Below, piece after piece: positions 48,186-57,631 of a stretch of DNA of 64,000 bases. The notes beneath the pieces were generated by a model. It ran no database searches. It saw only the letters and a program-made list of their open reading frames with translations, and was not told where the DNA came from. Every line of letters begins with the position of its first letter. Positions within the stretch are counted from its first letter, which is position 1. Origin of the DNA: Thermodesulfobacteriota bacterium (GTDB taxonomy: Bacteria > Desulfobacterota > Desulfobacteria > Desulfobacterales > C00003060); contig JAXHVD010000010.1 in NCBI GenBank assembly GCA_034189385.1, positions 64,001-128,000 of the forward strand, read 5' to 3'. The position numbers were made by a program, and so were the translations under genes.

Positions 48186-48230
48186 CCGGGGTTCGGCGGG
48201 TCCACAGAACACAGGACTCCAAGGGCCAGA

Positions 48231-49019
48231 CTACGATGCCCGGGGGGCCACCTCCGTGTAAGCATAGGCGCTGTGGTTGTGAATGCTTTCAAAGTTTTCG
48301 GCTTCCACGCTAAAAGAAACGAATCGTGCGTCTTTTGTCAACTTGTCGGTCACTTCTCTTACAACATCTTCCACAAACATGGGCCGGCTGTACGCCTGTT
48401 CAGTGATGAATTTCTCGTCCTCTCTCTTTAGCAAGGCAAAGACATCGCTGCTGGCCGAGGTTTCAACGATCTCGATGATCTCCTCAATCCAAAAGAAATC
48501 CTTAAAAAGGGCGGTCACGGAAACGATCCCACGCTGATTGTGAGCCCCGTGGCTGCTGATCTCTTTTGAGCACGGACAAAGGGTACAGACTGGGACCCTC
48601 ACACCGATGTAAAGCTTGCGTTCGTCTCCTCTTATTTCGCCCACATATTTGCATCTGTATTCCATCATGCTGGGAACGCCGGACACAGGCGCCCTTTTCT
48701 TGATGAAATAAGGAAAGCTGATCTCCAGATTGGCGGCTGGGGCCTCAAGGCTTTTCTTTATTCTGTCCAGCATCTCAAAAAAGGTCTTCAGGTTCAGGTC
48801 GGCACAATAGTCGTTTAAGACCTCCACGAACCGGCTCATGTGGGTTCCTTTGAACCTGTGGGGCAGATGAACATACATGTTCACCGTGGCCACCGTGGCC
48901 TGGGTCTTGTTGGTCCTGTCCAAGACGTTCATGGGATACTTGATCCCCTTGATGCCCACCTTAGTGAGGTCTATATTGCGATAATCTGGTTGGCTTTGAA
49001 TATCCTTCATCTCTTTCAT
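48231..49019 (-). CDS. folE2: GTP cyclohydrolase I type 2
   Basis: KGTHMSRF, LCPCSKEIS..GAHNQR, LLKREDE, FVEDVVR, ESIHNHSAYA. Confidence 0.95.
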   Translation of the reverse strand: MKEMKDIQSQPDYRNIDLTKVGIKGIKYPMNVLDRTNKTQATVATVNMYVHLPHRFKGTHMSRFVEVLNDYCADLNLKTFFEMLDRIKKSLEAPAANLEISFPYFIKKRAPVSGVPSMMEYRCKYVGEIRGDERKLYIGVRVPVCTLCPCSKEISSHGAHNQRGIVSVTALFKDFFWIEEIIEIVETSASSDVFALLKREDEKFITEQAYSRPMFVEDVVREVTDKLTKDARFVSFSVEAENFESIHNHSAYAYTEVAPRAS

Positions 49020-49072
49020 TGGTAACGTTCAAAAGTTGAGGCAAACTCTCTTAGCACGCAGTTTAAAGGATA

Positions 49073-49169
49073 GGGGGGATCGCTGAACGTAGGCATACAG
49101 CCATTTCCCTCGACACCAATGGTATGGGCTACTTAAAGGCATTGGATGTCGAAGAGAAGCGATTCGCCC
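49073..49169 (-). repeat. Second copy of the tgt-upstream hairpin, upstream of folE2
   Basis: Reverse complement aligns with 2950-3044 apart from a variable central segment. Confidence 0.7.
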
Positions 49170-49398
49170 TGTCCGGAATCTCTATTTAGAGATACACTGT
49201 CACAACTTCTGAACGTTACTCTTTCATTAGTCCGGCCACAACGACGTTTCTGAGTTCGGCTTTTAGCAGAATGCCCACATATGTCAACTTGAATCCAAAA
49301 ACCCTTGACGGCACAACTGGTTCTGTGGAAGGATTTGGCGGCCTTTCGGTGGGATAGGTGGAGACAGAAGATGGGGACTCAGAACTGGAGGCAATGCC

Positions 49399-50085
49399 AT
49401 GGCAGTAAACATTGTTGATAAGATCGGTGGAGACGTCAAGGTAAGAAATGTGATTGTCAGTGTGTCCGACAAGAGTGGACTGGAAAGCTTTGTTCCCTCG
49501 ATGCTGGAGATTAACCCGGACGTGCGCATATACTCCACGGGCGGCACGTACAGCAGGATACAGCAGATCTTGGGGGATAAAGCCGACAAATGCCTGACCC
49601 CTGTGAGTCAGTACACGGGCCAGCCTGAAACCCAAGGGGGACTGGTCAAGACTCTTGATTTTAAGATCTATCTCGGGTTGCTTACCGAGACCTATAACAA
49701 CGCCCACCAGCAAGACCTTGAAAGGACCGGCGCCGTTGCCATAGATATGGTGGTGGTAAACCTCTATCCCTTTAAAGAGACGATATCTAAAGCCGGCGTC
49801 ACCGTGGAAGAGGCCAGGGGCAACATCGATATCGGAGGCCCCTGCATGATCAGGGCCTCGGCAAAGAATTTCATCCGTGTTGCATCGGTGGTAGACCCTG
49901 GGGACTATGGCGCCATCATCTCTCAAATGAAGGCTGGTGACGGCAAAATCCCTTTGGCGCTTCGATATGAACTGGCCAAGAAGGCCTTTGAACACACTGC
50001 CGTATATGATCGCCATATTGCAGATTTCCTGGCAAGCAAACCGTTCGGCGATGTGCAATCCTGTTACCAAATAGTGGAGGGCTAG
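49399..50085 (+). CDS. IMP cyclohydrolase (PurH N-terminal MGS-like domain, stand-alone)
   Basis: SVSDKSGL, STGGT, GLVKTL, VNLYPF, NIDIGGP..IRASAKN. Confidence 0.9.
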   Translation: MAVNIVDKIGGDVKVRNVIVSVSDKSGLESFVPSMLEINPDVRIYSTGGTYSRIQQILGDKADKCLTPVSQYTGQPETQGGLVKTLDFKIYLGLLTETYNNAHQQDLERTGAVAIDMVVVNLYPFKETISKAGVTVEEARGNIDIGGPCMIRASAKNFIRVASVVDPGDYGAIISQMKAGDGKIPLALRYELAKKAFEHTAVYDRHIADFLASKPFGDVQSCYQIVEG

Positions 50086-50089
50086 GACG

Positions 50090-51340
50090 ATGGCTGAAGA
50101 TCTCAAGAAGATGTACAGGACCATTATGGACGACCATTTTTCGCCCAACATGGAAGTAGCCTTTGTGGATGGCGACAAGCGCCAGACCCTGTTCTACGAA
50201 AAGGTTGCCTGGGTCGTGGACGACGTGCAAAAGGGCCTCCGGTATGGAGAAAACCCGGGCCAGGAGGCCGCTCTTTACCGGCTGGTTAACGGAAATTTGG
50301 TCCTAGGCGACAGCCAGACCATCCAGCCCGGCAAATACCTGGCTTCTGACGTAGAACTCCTTCAATCGGGAAAACACCCGGGGAAGACCAATGTCACCGA
50401 TGCTGACAATTCCCTGAACATCTTAAGGTACTTCACGGACAGGCCCACGGTGGTCATCGTAAAGCACAACAACCCTTGCGGGGTAGCGCGAGCCGATTCC
50501 TTGGAAGAGGCCTATGTGAAAGCCAACATGGCCGACCGTGTAGCGGCCTTTGGCGGCTGCATTGCCCTGAACCAACCGGTGGACAAGGCCACGGCAGAAG
50601 CCATTAGCCAACAATACGCCGAAGTGGTGGTCGCCCCTGATTTTGAAGAAGGGGTCATGGATATCTTTACTAAGAAGAAGAACCTCCGGGTCATCAGGAT
50701 CTCTAATATTGGCCGCCTGCAAACCTTTGTGGGCGAGCGCTGTGTAGAATTCAAGAGCCTTATAGATGGAGGCATCATCGCACAGTGGTCTTTTGTCCCT
50801 CAAGCTCGGACAAAAGAGGATCTCACACTGGCCGAGTGCGAATACAAGGGCAAGACCTATCGTATCAATAGGGCGCCCACGGACCACGAGTATCGGGACC
50901 TACTCTTTGGATGGCTGGTGGAATCGGGAGTTACGTCCAACTCCGTCATATACACCAAGAACGAAGTCACGGTGGGGATAGGAACGGGTGAGCAGGACCG
51001 GGTCGGCGTTGCCGAGATAGCAAGGGACAAGGCCTACCGAAAGCTGGCGGACCGATACTGCTTTGAAGAACTAGGGATCCCCTACAATGAGCTTACGGAC
51101 CAAGCAAAAAAGGAAGAGATCGATAAAAGAGTCGCCCAAGAAAAGGGCGGTCTCATCGGCGCGGCCATGGTAAGCGATGCCTTCTTCCCCTTCCGGGACG
51201 GCGTGGACGTGGGGCTTCGCCAAGGGGTCTGCGCTGTGATCCATCCCGGTGGTTCGCTCAACGATTATCAGTCTATCGAGGCCTGCAACGAGGCCGACGC
51301 CACGATGGTGTATACCGGCCAGCGCAGCTTCAAGCACTAA
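50090..51340 (+). CDS. purH: AICAR transformylase-like protein (PurH C-terminal domain, stand-alone)
   Basis: LRYGENPGQ, KHNNPCGVA, AFGG, SNSV, SDAFFPFRDG, R.FKH. Confidence 0.88.
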   Translation: MAEDLKKMYRTIMDDHFSPNMEVAFVDGDKRQTLFYEKVAWVVDDVQKGLRYGENPGQEAALYRLVNGNLVLGDSQTIQPGKYLASDVELLQSGKHPGKTNVTDADNSLNILRYFTDRPTVVIVKHNNPCGVARADSLEEAYVKANMADRVAAFGGCIALNQPVDKATAEAISQQYAEVVVAPDFEEGVMDIFTKKKNLRVIRISNIGRLQTFVGERCVEFKSLIDGGIIAQWSFVPQARTKEDLTLAECEYKGKTYRINRAPTDHEYRDLLFGWLVESGVTSNSVIYTKNEVTVGIGTGEQDRVGVAEIARDKAYRKLADRYCFEELGIPYNELTDQAKKEEIDKRVAQEKGGLIGAAMVSDAFFPFRDGVDVGLRQGVCAVIHPGGSLNDYQSIEACNEADATMVYTGQRSFKH

Positions 51341-51490
51341 ATCGCAGGCCCGTGAGAGTCTCGTGGAAAGGATGTGCCGAGCTGATTTGATAGGCAGAGC
51401 CATTGCGGCGTACCTGCCTTTGTCGTCCATTTCTAAGGCTTCGTGCGCCTTGTACCTGAAGCCTCAAGGCATGTAGCATGAAATGTCTCC

Positions 51491-52774
51491 ATGATTTCTT
51501 CCATTGACGATCACCTGTCCGCCCTCTACCGGTTGCGCCGTTTCGGGATTCAGCTTGGACTGACCACCATCTCTCGCCTCATGAAGGGCCTGGGCAACCC
51601 TGAGGATCAATACGCGTGTATCCACGTTGCCGGCACAAACGGCAAGGGGTCAGTGGCCTCCTTCCTCTCCTCAGTGCTGGTCTGTGCGGGCTATAAGGTC
51701 GGTCTTTACACATCCCCCCATCTTATCCGGTTCAATGAACGGATCCAGATCAACGGAAACTCCATTTCGGACAACGACGTGGCAGGGGCCGCAGAGGCCG
51801 TCCAACGGATCTACACGCAGGGCGAGCCCCCTACGTTCTTTGAGTGCGCCACGGCCATGGCCCTTTATCATTTTGCCGTAAAAAAGGTGAACTGGGCCGT
51901 GCTGGAAACCGGCATGGGCGGGCGGTATGACGCCACCAATGTGGTCCGTTCCCAAGCCTGTGTCATATCCAACATCAGTATGGAACACACCGAATACCTC
52001 GGCCACACCCTTAAAAGGATCGCTGCTGAAAAGGCTGGCATCATAAAGGAAAACGCTGGCGTTGTGACGGGAACGCGACAAAAATCTGCCCTTCAGGTCA
52101 TTGAGCAGGCAGCAACAGAAAAAGGAGTGCCATTGCTCAGGATAGGAAAAGAGATCAAGGTCCACAAATCGACCCATGGCCGCTTCACCTGCCTGGGGAA
52201 GGCCCATACATGGCAAGGATTGAAAGCAGGGCTTCTTGGCGATCACCAGATGATCAACGCAGCCCTGGCCCTCGGGGCCTTGGAGCTCCTCATGGAAAAG
52301 GGCCTGGAGGTAACCGATGAGGCCATCTACAAAGGCCTTGCCCAAACCCGCTGGCCCGGCCGTCTGGAGGCGGTTTCAACGGATCCTTTTGTCCTATTGG
52401 ACGGCGCTCACAACCCATCGGCAGTGAAGACCCTGAAAGCATACCTGAAAAACCGCGTGGTGTACCGGCGGCTAATTCTGGTTCTTGGCATCCTCAAGGA
52501 CAAGGCATGGAGGCCTATGCTGCGAGAACTCGCCGGTATTTCCCACCGCATGATTCTCACCAGACCACAATATGAGCGTGCTGCCGATCCTGCAGACCTG
52601 TCATCGTTTGTCCGTTGCCTCAAACAAGACTTCGTCGTTATACCCCATCTGGTAGATGCCATATCATTGGCTTTGGATGAGGCGGGCCACGGGGACTTGG
52701 TGTGCATTACCGGGTCTCTCTACACAGTGGGCGAGGCCAAGGCCTATTTCGAGAATTCTTATGCTACTAGCTGA
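51491..52774 (+). CDS. folC: Folylpolyglutamate synthase / dihydrofolate synthase
   Basis: HVAGTNGKGS, YTSPHL, ETGMGGRYDATN, WPGRLE, DGAHN, GSLY. Confidence 0.96.
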   Translation: MISSIDDHLSALYRLRRFGIQLGLTTISRLMKGLGNPEDQYACIHVAGTNGKGSVASFLSSVLVCAGYKVGLYTSPHLIRFNERIQINGNSISDNDVAGAAEAVQRIYTQGEPPTFFECATAMALYHFAVKKVNWAVLETGMGGRYDATNVVRSQACVISNISMEHTEYLGHTLKRIAAEKAGIIKENAGVVTGTRQKSALQVIEQAATEKGVPLLRIGKEIKVHKSTHGRFTCLGKAHTWQGLKAGLLGDHQMINAALALGALELLMEKGLEVTDEAIYKGLAQTRWPGRLEAVSTDPFVLLDGAHNPSAVKTLKAYLKNRVVYRRLILVLGILKDKAWRPMLRELAGISHRMILTRPQYERAADPADLSSFVRCLKQDFVVIPHLVDAISLALDEAGHGDLVCITGSLYTVGEAKAYFENSYATS

Positions 52775-53387
52775 TACGTATGCGGAAAGGATTGACTTCA
52801 TAAGATATCTTCCTCAGACTGATTGCGGCGCCTGCGGGGAAAAAACCTGTGAGAAATTCGTCCAGGCTTTGAAGGAAGGGAAGCAAAAACCAGAGGATTG
52901 CCCTTACATATCCGAAGGTCTCTACTACTCCTTTCACGCGGCCCTGAACGCTGATAACCTTTTGCCCTCATTCCCTTGCCTAACAGATCCCAGGCCCGGG
53001 CCTACAGGGTTGGTGGAGATCAACTCCCCTGGCGAGGAAAGTCCTCTCCTTGTCTCTGGCAATCATGTGCATACGCAAGATGTGATGATGGCTGTTCTCA
53101 GCACCACAAGGAGCCCCTTTTTCCTCCTTTTCACAGACACAAGGGGAAACACCGTGGACATGGCCGTCATCTATGAGGCGCTGACAGCCGAACAGATCAG
53201 GAAGGATCTTCAAAGTTCACAGGTCGTAGAAAAGATCTCCCACCGGGAGATCATCATCCCTGGACTGGCTGCCGCCCTTGGCCGTGAGCTGAGACAATCA
53301 ACAGGCTGGAACGTTATTGTCGGCCCCGTCTGCGCAGCAGAATTGCCGCTTTTTCTGGCTGACCGATGGCTCCCACCTGGCACGTGA
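52761..53387 (+). CDS. Fe-S domain fused to an AcsC/HgcA-like corrinoid-binding domain
   Basis: LPQTDCGACGEKTC...CP; SPLLVSGN, DTRG, HREIIIPGLAA, TGW.VIVGP..A.ELP.FL. Confidence 0.8.
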   Translation: MLLADTYAERIDFIRYLPQTDCGACGEKTCEKFVQALKEGKQKPEDCPYISEGLYYSFHAALNADNLLPSFPCLTDPRPGPTGLVEINSPGEESPLLVSGNHVHTQDVMMAVLSTTRSPFFLLFTDTRGNTVDMAVIYEALTAEQIRKDLQSSQVVEKISHREIIIPGLAAALGRELRQSTGWNVIVGPVCAAELPLFLADRWLPPGT

Positions 53388-53435
53388 TGACCATTGCCCG
53401 CACTTGCTGACGAAGAGGCTTTTCTTCTTCCTGAC

Positions 53436-54236
53436 CTATTTCCCCAACAGGCCTTTCATCTTGTCCGTCACTGCTTCGAGTTCCTCTTTGGCCCTTTCAC
53501 CCACAGCCTCCGCCTTCTTTTTTACACCCTCTCCCAGCGAACCCATGTCCACACCTAGGGCCTTTAGCTCCTGATTCAGGTGTTTGGTCACTGTTGGAGA
53601 CGTCATCTCGCCGTAGAGCGCCGCAAAGATCTGTTCAAATACTTCTGAAGGCGGGGCGCCCCCCTTTCCCACATCTTTCAGGTGGATGTCCGGCAGGGAC
53701 GCACTTATGCTTTTTTCTACGAGCCCGGGCAGGGACAGGGCCAGATTTACCTTTCCACCCTTCAAAATGAAGTCTCTAACGAGGAGCTGCTTGCCATCCC
53801 CTTCTTTGCCGGTCCCCTTGCCCGAGGGCCCACCTTCACCTGTGGTGCTTTTCAAATTCTTCAAAATCGTCTGGAAGTTGTCCGTTCTCGCTGTCTTCTC
53901 GTAGGTAATCTCTGGGCCAAGCACTTCTATCTTGTCAATAATGATTGTGTCTCCGGTAAGGGACCCCTCATCCACATCCACATGGATGGAGCCAACCTTC
54001 ATGGCCTCCGGAGACTTAAATCCCTTGGGGTTGCCCAGATACAAGTCCTTGAGGGTGGCCTGCCCGGAGAACAGGGACAGGCCCACGTCCCCCAGCCGTA
54101 CCTCCGTGTGTGTCATTCTCGGTCCATAGGTGTTCACCGCATTCTTCATGAGGGGACCCAGGTTGGAGATCCCAAGAAACAGGAAAACCACAATGGCAAT
54201 CACGACAACAGCACCCACCATGATCCATTTTTTCAT
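53436..54236 (-). CDS. AsmA-like membrane-anchored protein
   Basis: N-terminal TM, LGNPKGF, LPDIHLKDVG. Confidence 0.7.
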   Translation of the reverse strand: MKKWIMVGAVVVIAIVVFLFLGISNLGPLMKNAVNTYGPRMTHTEVRLGDVGLSLFSGQATLKDLYLGNPKGFKSPEAMKVGSIHVDVDEGSLTGDTIIIDKIEVLGPEITYEKTARTDNFQTILKNLKSTTGEGGPSGKGTGKEGDGKQLLVRDFILKGGKVNLALSLPGLVEKSISASLPDIHLKDVGKGGAPPSEVFEQIFAALYGEMTSPTVTKHLNQELKALGVDMGSLGEGVKKKAEAVGERAKEELEAVTDKMKGLLGK

Positions 54237-54350
54237 GATTCATCCTCCTCTCCGCCCATTTGGAAGCTTCTGTTTTCGTCTCTGGTAAAGGATTTGCCGA
54301 AAATGTGCTCTTTCCCTTTCAAACATAGGCGCTCAGCTACTCCATGTCAA

Positions 54351-54653
54351 TTGAACCCTCCCCTTGGCCAGCCGCGGGGGCTGCGGTAGCTCTCCTGTGG
54401 AGAATGCGCTCGCTTATTCGGTTCAAGTAACACCCAAGTCTGCAGAACCCATAGGTCCCCTTCACCCCGACAATGGCGATCCGATCATCGGTTTGCCCGG
54501 ATTCAGTGCAGACTTTCGATAAAACGTAACGTATGGTGAGTTACAAATTTGTAATAAAGGGGCTCGCAAAAGGTCCTTTGCCAAGGATATTGAGCGTTTT
54601 GGGGAAAAAGCACTCACAAAGAGAGCAAAATGAACTTTTTACGACTTCATCAA
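54351..54653. repeat. Cluster of three adjacent palindromic/REP-like elements
   Basis: TTGAACC...GGTTCAA (54351-54426); AAGTCTGCA...TGCAGACTT (54436-54515); 54555-54653 shares its ends with the 23448 element. Confidence 0.6.
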
Positions 54654-54843
54654 TACAGACAGCCAAAGGATAATGAGACCGCCGCAGATGGGCCTTTCGC
54701 GACTGCCTCCTGGGAACACCACCGAGAGACGAGGCCTCCACACGCTCCTGCTCCAAAGGAACACTGGGCCTATGGATTTCTCCTCTGTTGTGCAGCCTGG
54801 ACTGCAATCTGTCTTCTTGGGTGTCGTGGCTACCAGGCCACCA

Positions 54844-54859
54844 TGGCACAAAAATTGCT
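54844..54859 (+). promoter_or_regulatory. Sigma54 promoter upstream of the hybrid kinase
   Basis: TGGCACAAAAATTGCT is an exact TGGCAC-N5-TTGC match. Confidence 0.75.
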
Positions 54860-55133
54860 GATCCCTCTTAGGAAATCGTCCGTGGGTATACACAGGTTCT
54901 GGCACTGCCCGAATAGTCCAAGAGGTCCGCCGAAGGATTTTTGGATGCTGGAGACAGTCTGCCGAGGTCCACATGAGACGATGTGATGGGTAAACCCAAA
55001 AGGACAATAGAAGAGAACAAACCAGCACCACCTTTCCCTGGAGCAGAGAATCGACCACCCATGGCCTTGAGGTCTTCTTTGCTTTTCTACCAACCCCAAG
55101 CATGATGGCACTAAAATAGTCAAAAGGAGCGCC

Positions 55134-57239
55134 ATGGCAAGCAGACGCCAACCCAGAAAGTGGACCTTTCGGCACCTCTACACCGTCATCTTTGGGTTGA
55201 CATCTATCCTCCCTCTTTTGCTCTTTCTCTTTGTCGTGGAACACTATGGCATCGTTCAGGAGCCCAAAGTCGCCTTACTATTGGGCACCAGTCTGGTCAT
55301 CGCCCTCATAGGGTTTGTGTTCTCGCTGCGCATTGTCAGGCAGGTCAAGACCTTGGCCCAAGGTTTCATCAAGGTGAAACGGGGCGATTTGACTCATCTG
55401 GGTGAAGGCGCTACAACGAGCGACGTCAGCGAGATGTTCCATATCGCGGATTCCTTTAATGAAACACTAGCCCAGCTGAGAGCCCATACGGCAGAGTTGG
55501 AGAGTCTTTCTGGCAAGTTCAACGCCCTGAGTGAACTGGCCAGAATGGTATCTAAGATACCCAATACCCCAAAGGTCCTCCAAGCTGTTCTCCACAGGAC
55601 CATGGCCGCGCTCAATGCCACGGCTGGTTCTGTCATGCTTCTAGACGATGAAACGCAGACCCTCAAGGTTCTCTGTGCCGAAGGCCTAGATGAATCTGTT
55701 GTGACTGAAACCATTCTCAAATTGGGGGAAAGGATTGCCGGCAAAGTGGCCACGTCCGGTGAAGCGGTCGTGGTAGAAGACGTGGAACAGGATCCCCGAT
55801 TACAGATTGCTAATAACCCGAAATACGAAAGCACATCTTTCATTTGCATGCCTCTTCGGGCCCGTGGCAAGGTCACGGGGGTCCTAAACCTCTCGAAACG
55901 AGGCAATCGGCAGGCTTTTAGCCGGTCCGATTTGACCTTTTTGACGAGTCTCCTCGGCCATGTAGGTTTTGCCGTTGAGAACGCAAGACTTATAGAAGAA
56001 GCCAAAGAAGCTGCAAGGAAGCTGCGAGAGGTGGTCAACAACCAAAGCCTGAAACTGGATAAGGTGAGGAGGCAAGTGGAAAACTCCACCAGACTCCTTC
56101 AGCAAGCTCAGAAGATGGAGGCCATTGGGACCCTTGCAGGGGGCATTGCCCATGATTTTAACAATCTTTTGTCTATCATTCTGGGCAATGTCTCCATGGC
56201 AAAGGAAGACCATAACCAAGATGATGGAATCTCTGATTTTCTGAGTCAGGCCGAAGAAGCATCCCTGCGCGCAAAAGAGCTTACCCACCAGTTGATCACC
56301 TTTTCCAGAGGAGGAGTCCCGGTCAGGAAAAGGGCCTCCATAATAGCATTGCTGGAGGAATCGGCGAGTCTTGCGCTGGCTGGTTCTGACGCAAAATGTG
56401 ATTTCTCCATTGCCGAGGATCTTTGGGCAATTGAATATGATGAAAGCCAGATGAGGCATGTGATCATGCATCTCGTCACCAATGCCCGCGAAGCCATGTC
56501 TGATAGGGGCACCATCAGGCTATCTGCACGGAATCTCATTATCACCGGAGACGAGATGGACCAAACCCTGCCCATTCAACCAGGAAAGTATGTGAAGATC
56601 TGCGTCCAAGATCAAGGAGTGGGCATCCCTGAAGAAGACCTCCCTAGGATATTTGATCCCTATTTCTCAACCAAAGAGCGAGGCTGTCAGAAGGGCATGG
56701 GGCTGGGTCTGGCAACGGCCTATTCCATCATCAACAAACACGATGGACACATTGCTGTAGCATCGAAACCAGCTGTTGGAACCACCTGCAATTGCTATCT
56801 TCCTGCCTCTGATGGAGAGACCGCGTCGAAAAGACGGGCAGAAAAGAAGGGCCATGCTACAAGAGGCAAGGTCCTTGTCATGGAGGATGAGCGGATGCTC
56901 AGAACGCTTGCAGGCCAGATGCTGAACCGTCTCGGATATGAGGCTGAGCTTGTGGAAGAAGGTGATGAGGCAATTGTGCGATACAAAGAAGCCATGGACT
57001 CCGGTGACCCCTTTGATGGGGTCATCTTGGATTTAAGTGTTAGAGACGGTATGGGAGGAAAGGAGGCCATTCGAAAGTTGAAAGAGATGGACCCTGACAT
57101 TAAGGCCATCGTTTCCAGCGGTTATTCCGACGATCCCGTGATGACAGATTGGAGGAAATACGGTTTTGGCGGAGCCATGTTCAAACCCTATAGACAAGAA
57201 GACTTGACAATGGCATTACGGAGGCTCCTGGCCAAGTAG
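55134..57239 (+). CDS. Membrane hybrid histidine kinase (TM-HAMP-GAF-HisKA-HATPase-REC)
   Basis: Two TMs, GAF, AHDFNNLL, FDPYFSTK, GMGLGL, C-terminal receiver. Confidence 0.92.
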   Translation: MASRRQPRKWTFRHLYTVIFGLTSILPLLLFLFVVEHYGIVQEPKVALLLGTSLVIALIGFVFSLRIVRQVKTLAQGFIKVKRGDLTHLGEGATTSDVSEMFHIADSFNETLAQLRAHTAELESLSGKFNALSELARMVSKIPNTPKVLQAVLHRTMAALNATAGSVMLLDDETQTLKVLCAEGLDESVVTETILKLGERIAGKVATSGEAVVVEDVEQDPRLQIANNPKYESTSFICMPLRARGKVTGVLNLSKRGNRQAFSRSDLTFLTSLLGHVGFAVENARLIEEAKEAARKLREVVNNQSLKLDKVRRQVENSTRLLQQAQKMEAIGTLAGGIAHDFNNLLSIILGNVSMAKEDHNQDDGISDFLSQAEEASLRAKELTHQLITFSRGGVPVRKRASIIALLEESASLALAGSDAKCDFSIAEDLWAIEYDESQMRHVIMHLVTNAREAMSDRGTIRLSARNLIITGDEMDQTLPIQPGKYVKICVQDQGVGIPEEDLPRIFDPYFSTKERGCQKGMGLGLATAYSIINKHDGHIAVASKPAVGTTCNCYLPASDGETASKRRAEKKGHATRGKVLVMEDERMLRTLAGQMLNRLGYEAELVEEGDEAIVRYKEAMDSGDPFDGVILDLSVRDGMGGKEAIRKLKEMDPDIKAIVSSGYSDDPVMTDWRKYGFGGAMFKPYRQEDLTMALRRLLAK

Positions 57240-57356
57240 CACATATGATCTTACAGGCTCTCCCCCCCTGTCCCCCCATCCCAGACCACCTTCCCCCCAC
57301 CCCACTCCGTGAAAGCCATGTAAAGAAAGGATGGACTTACGCCCAATAAGGAGGGG

Positions 57357-57487
57357 GCACTGGTGTCAGTTTCCAATTTAGTCCCGACGAGTTGGGATTC
57401 GCAAGGTCAAGAAAATCAATGGATTGCGCGGGATCCCCAGGGGGGGCGGGACGAAATTGCGAAAAGGGGTCATTCATAAATGGAAAC
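57357..57487. repeat. Dispersed MITE-like repeat, copy 2
   Basis: Aligns with 20882-21011. Confidence 0.8.
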
Positions 57488-57631
57488 CAACTGGTCTTGG
57501 CCAGTTCTGGAATAGGCCTTTTGTCTGCCAATTTCTGGAAACGTGTGGTCTCGGGGCCATCCCTTGGGCCCTTTAGGAGACCATGCCTCTTTGATAAACA
57601 CTGGCTTTATGGTAGCATAAGAACTGGACTC

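Noticed and set aside
49073..49190. Reading the tgt/folE2 repeat as a protein remnant (AERRHTAI...KALDVEEKRFALS, faintly MvhD- or S1-like)
   Set aside because: No start codon, frames differ between copies and the centres are unrelated; hairpin complementarity explains the conservation better, though a coding origin is not fully excluded.
52761..53387. hgcA mercury methylase
   Set aside because: Lacks N(V/I)WCA(A/G)GK, the TM domain and a downstream hgcB.
57258..57310. C-rich tract (G-quadruplex potential on the minus strand)
   Set aside because: Short low-complexity sequence with no further support.
57392..57631. 80-aa N-terminal extension of the solute-binding protein
   Set aside because: It starts inside a repeat element; the signal peptide begins at ATG 57632.
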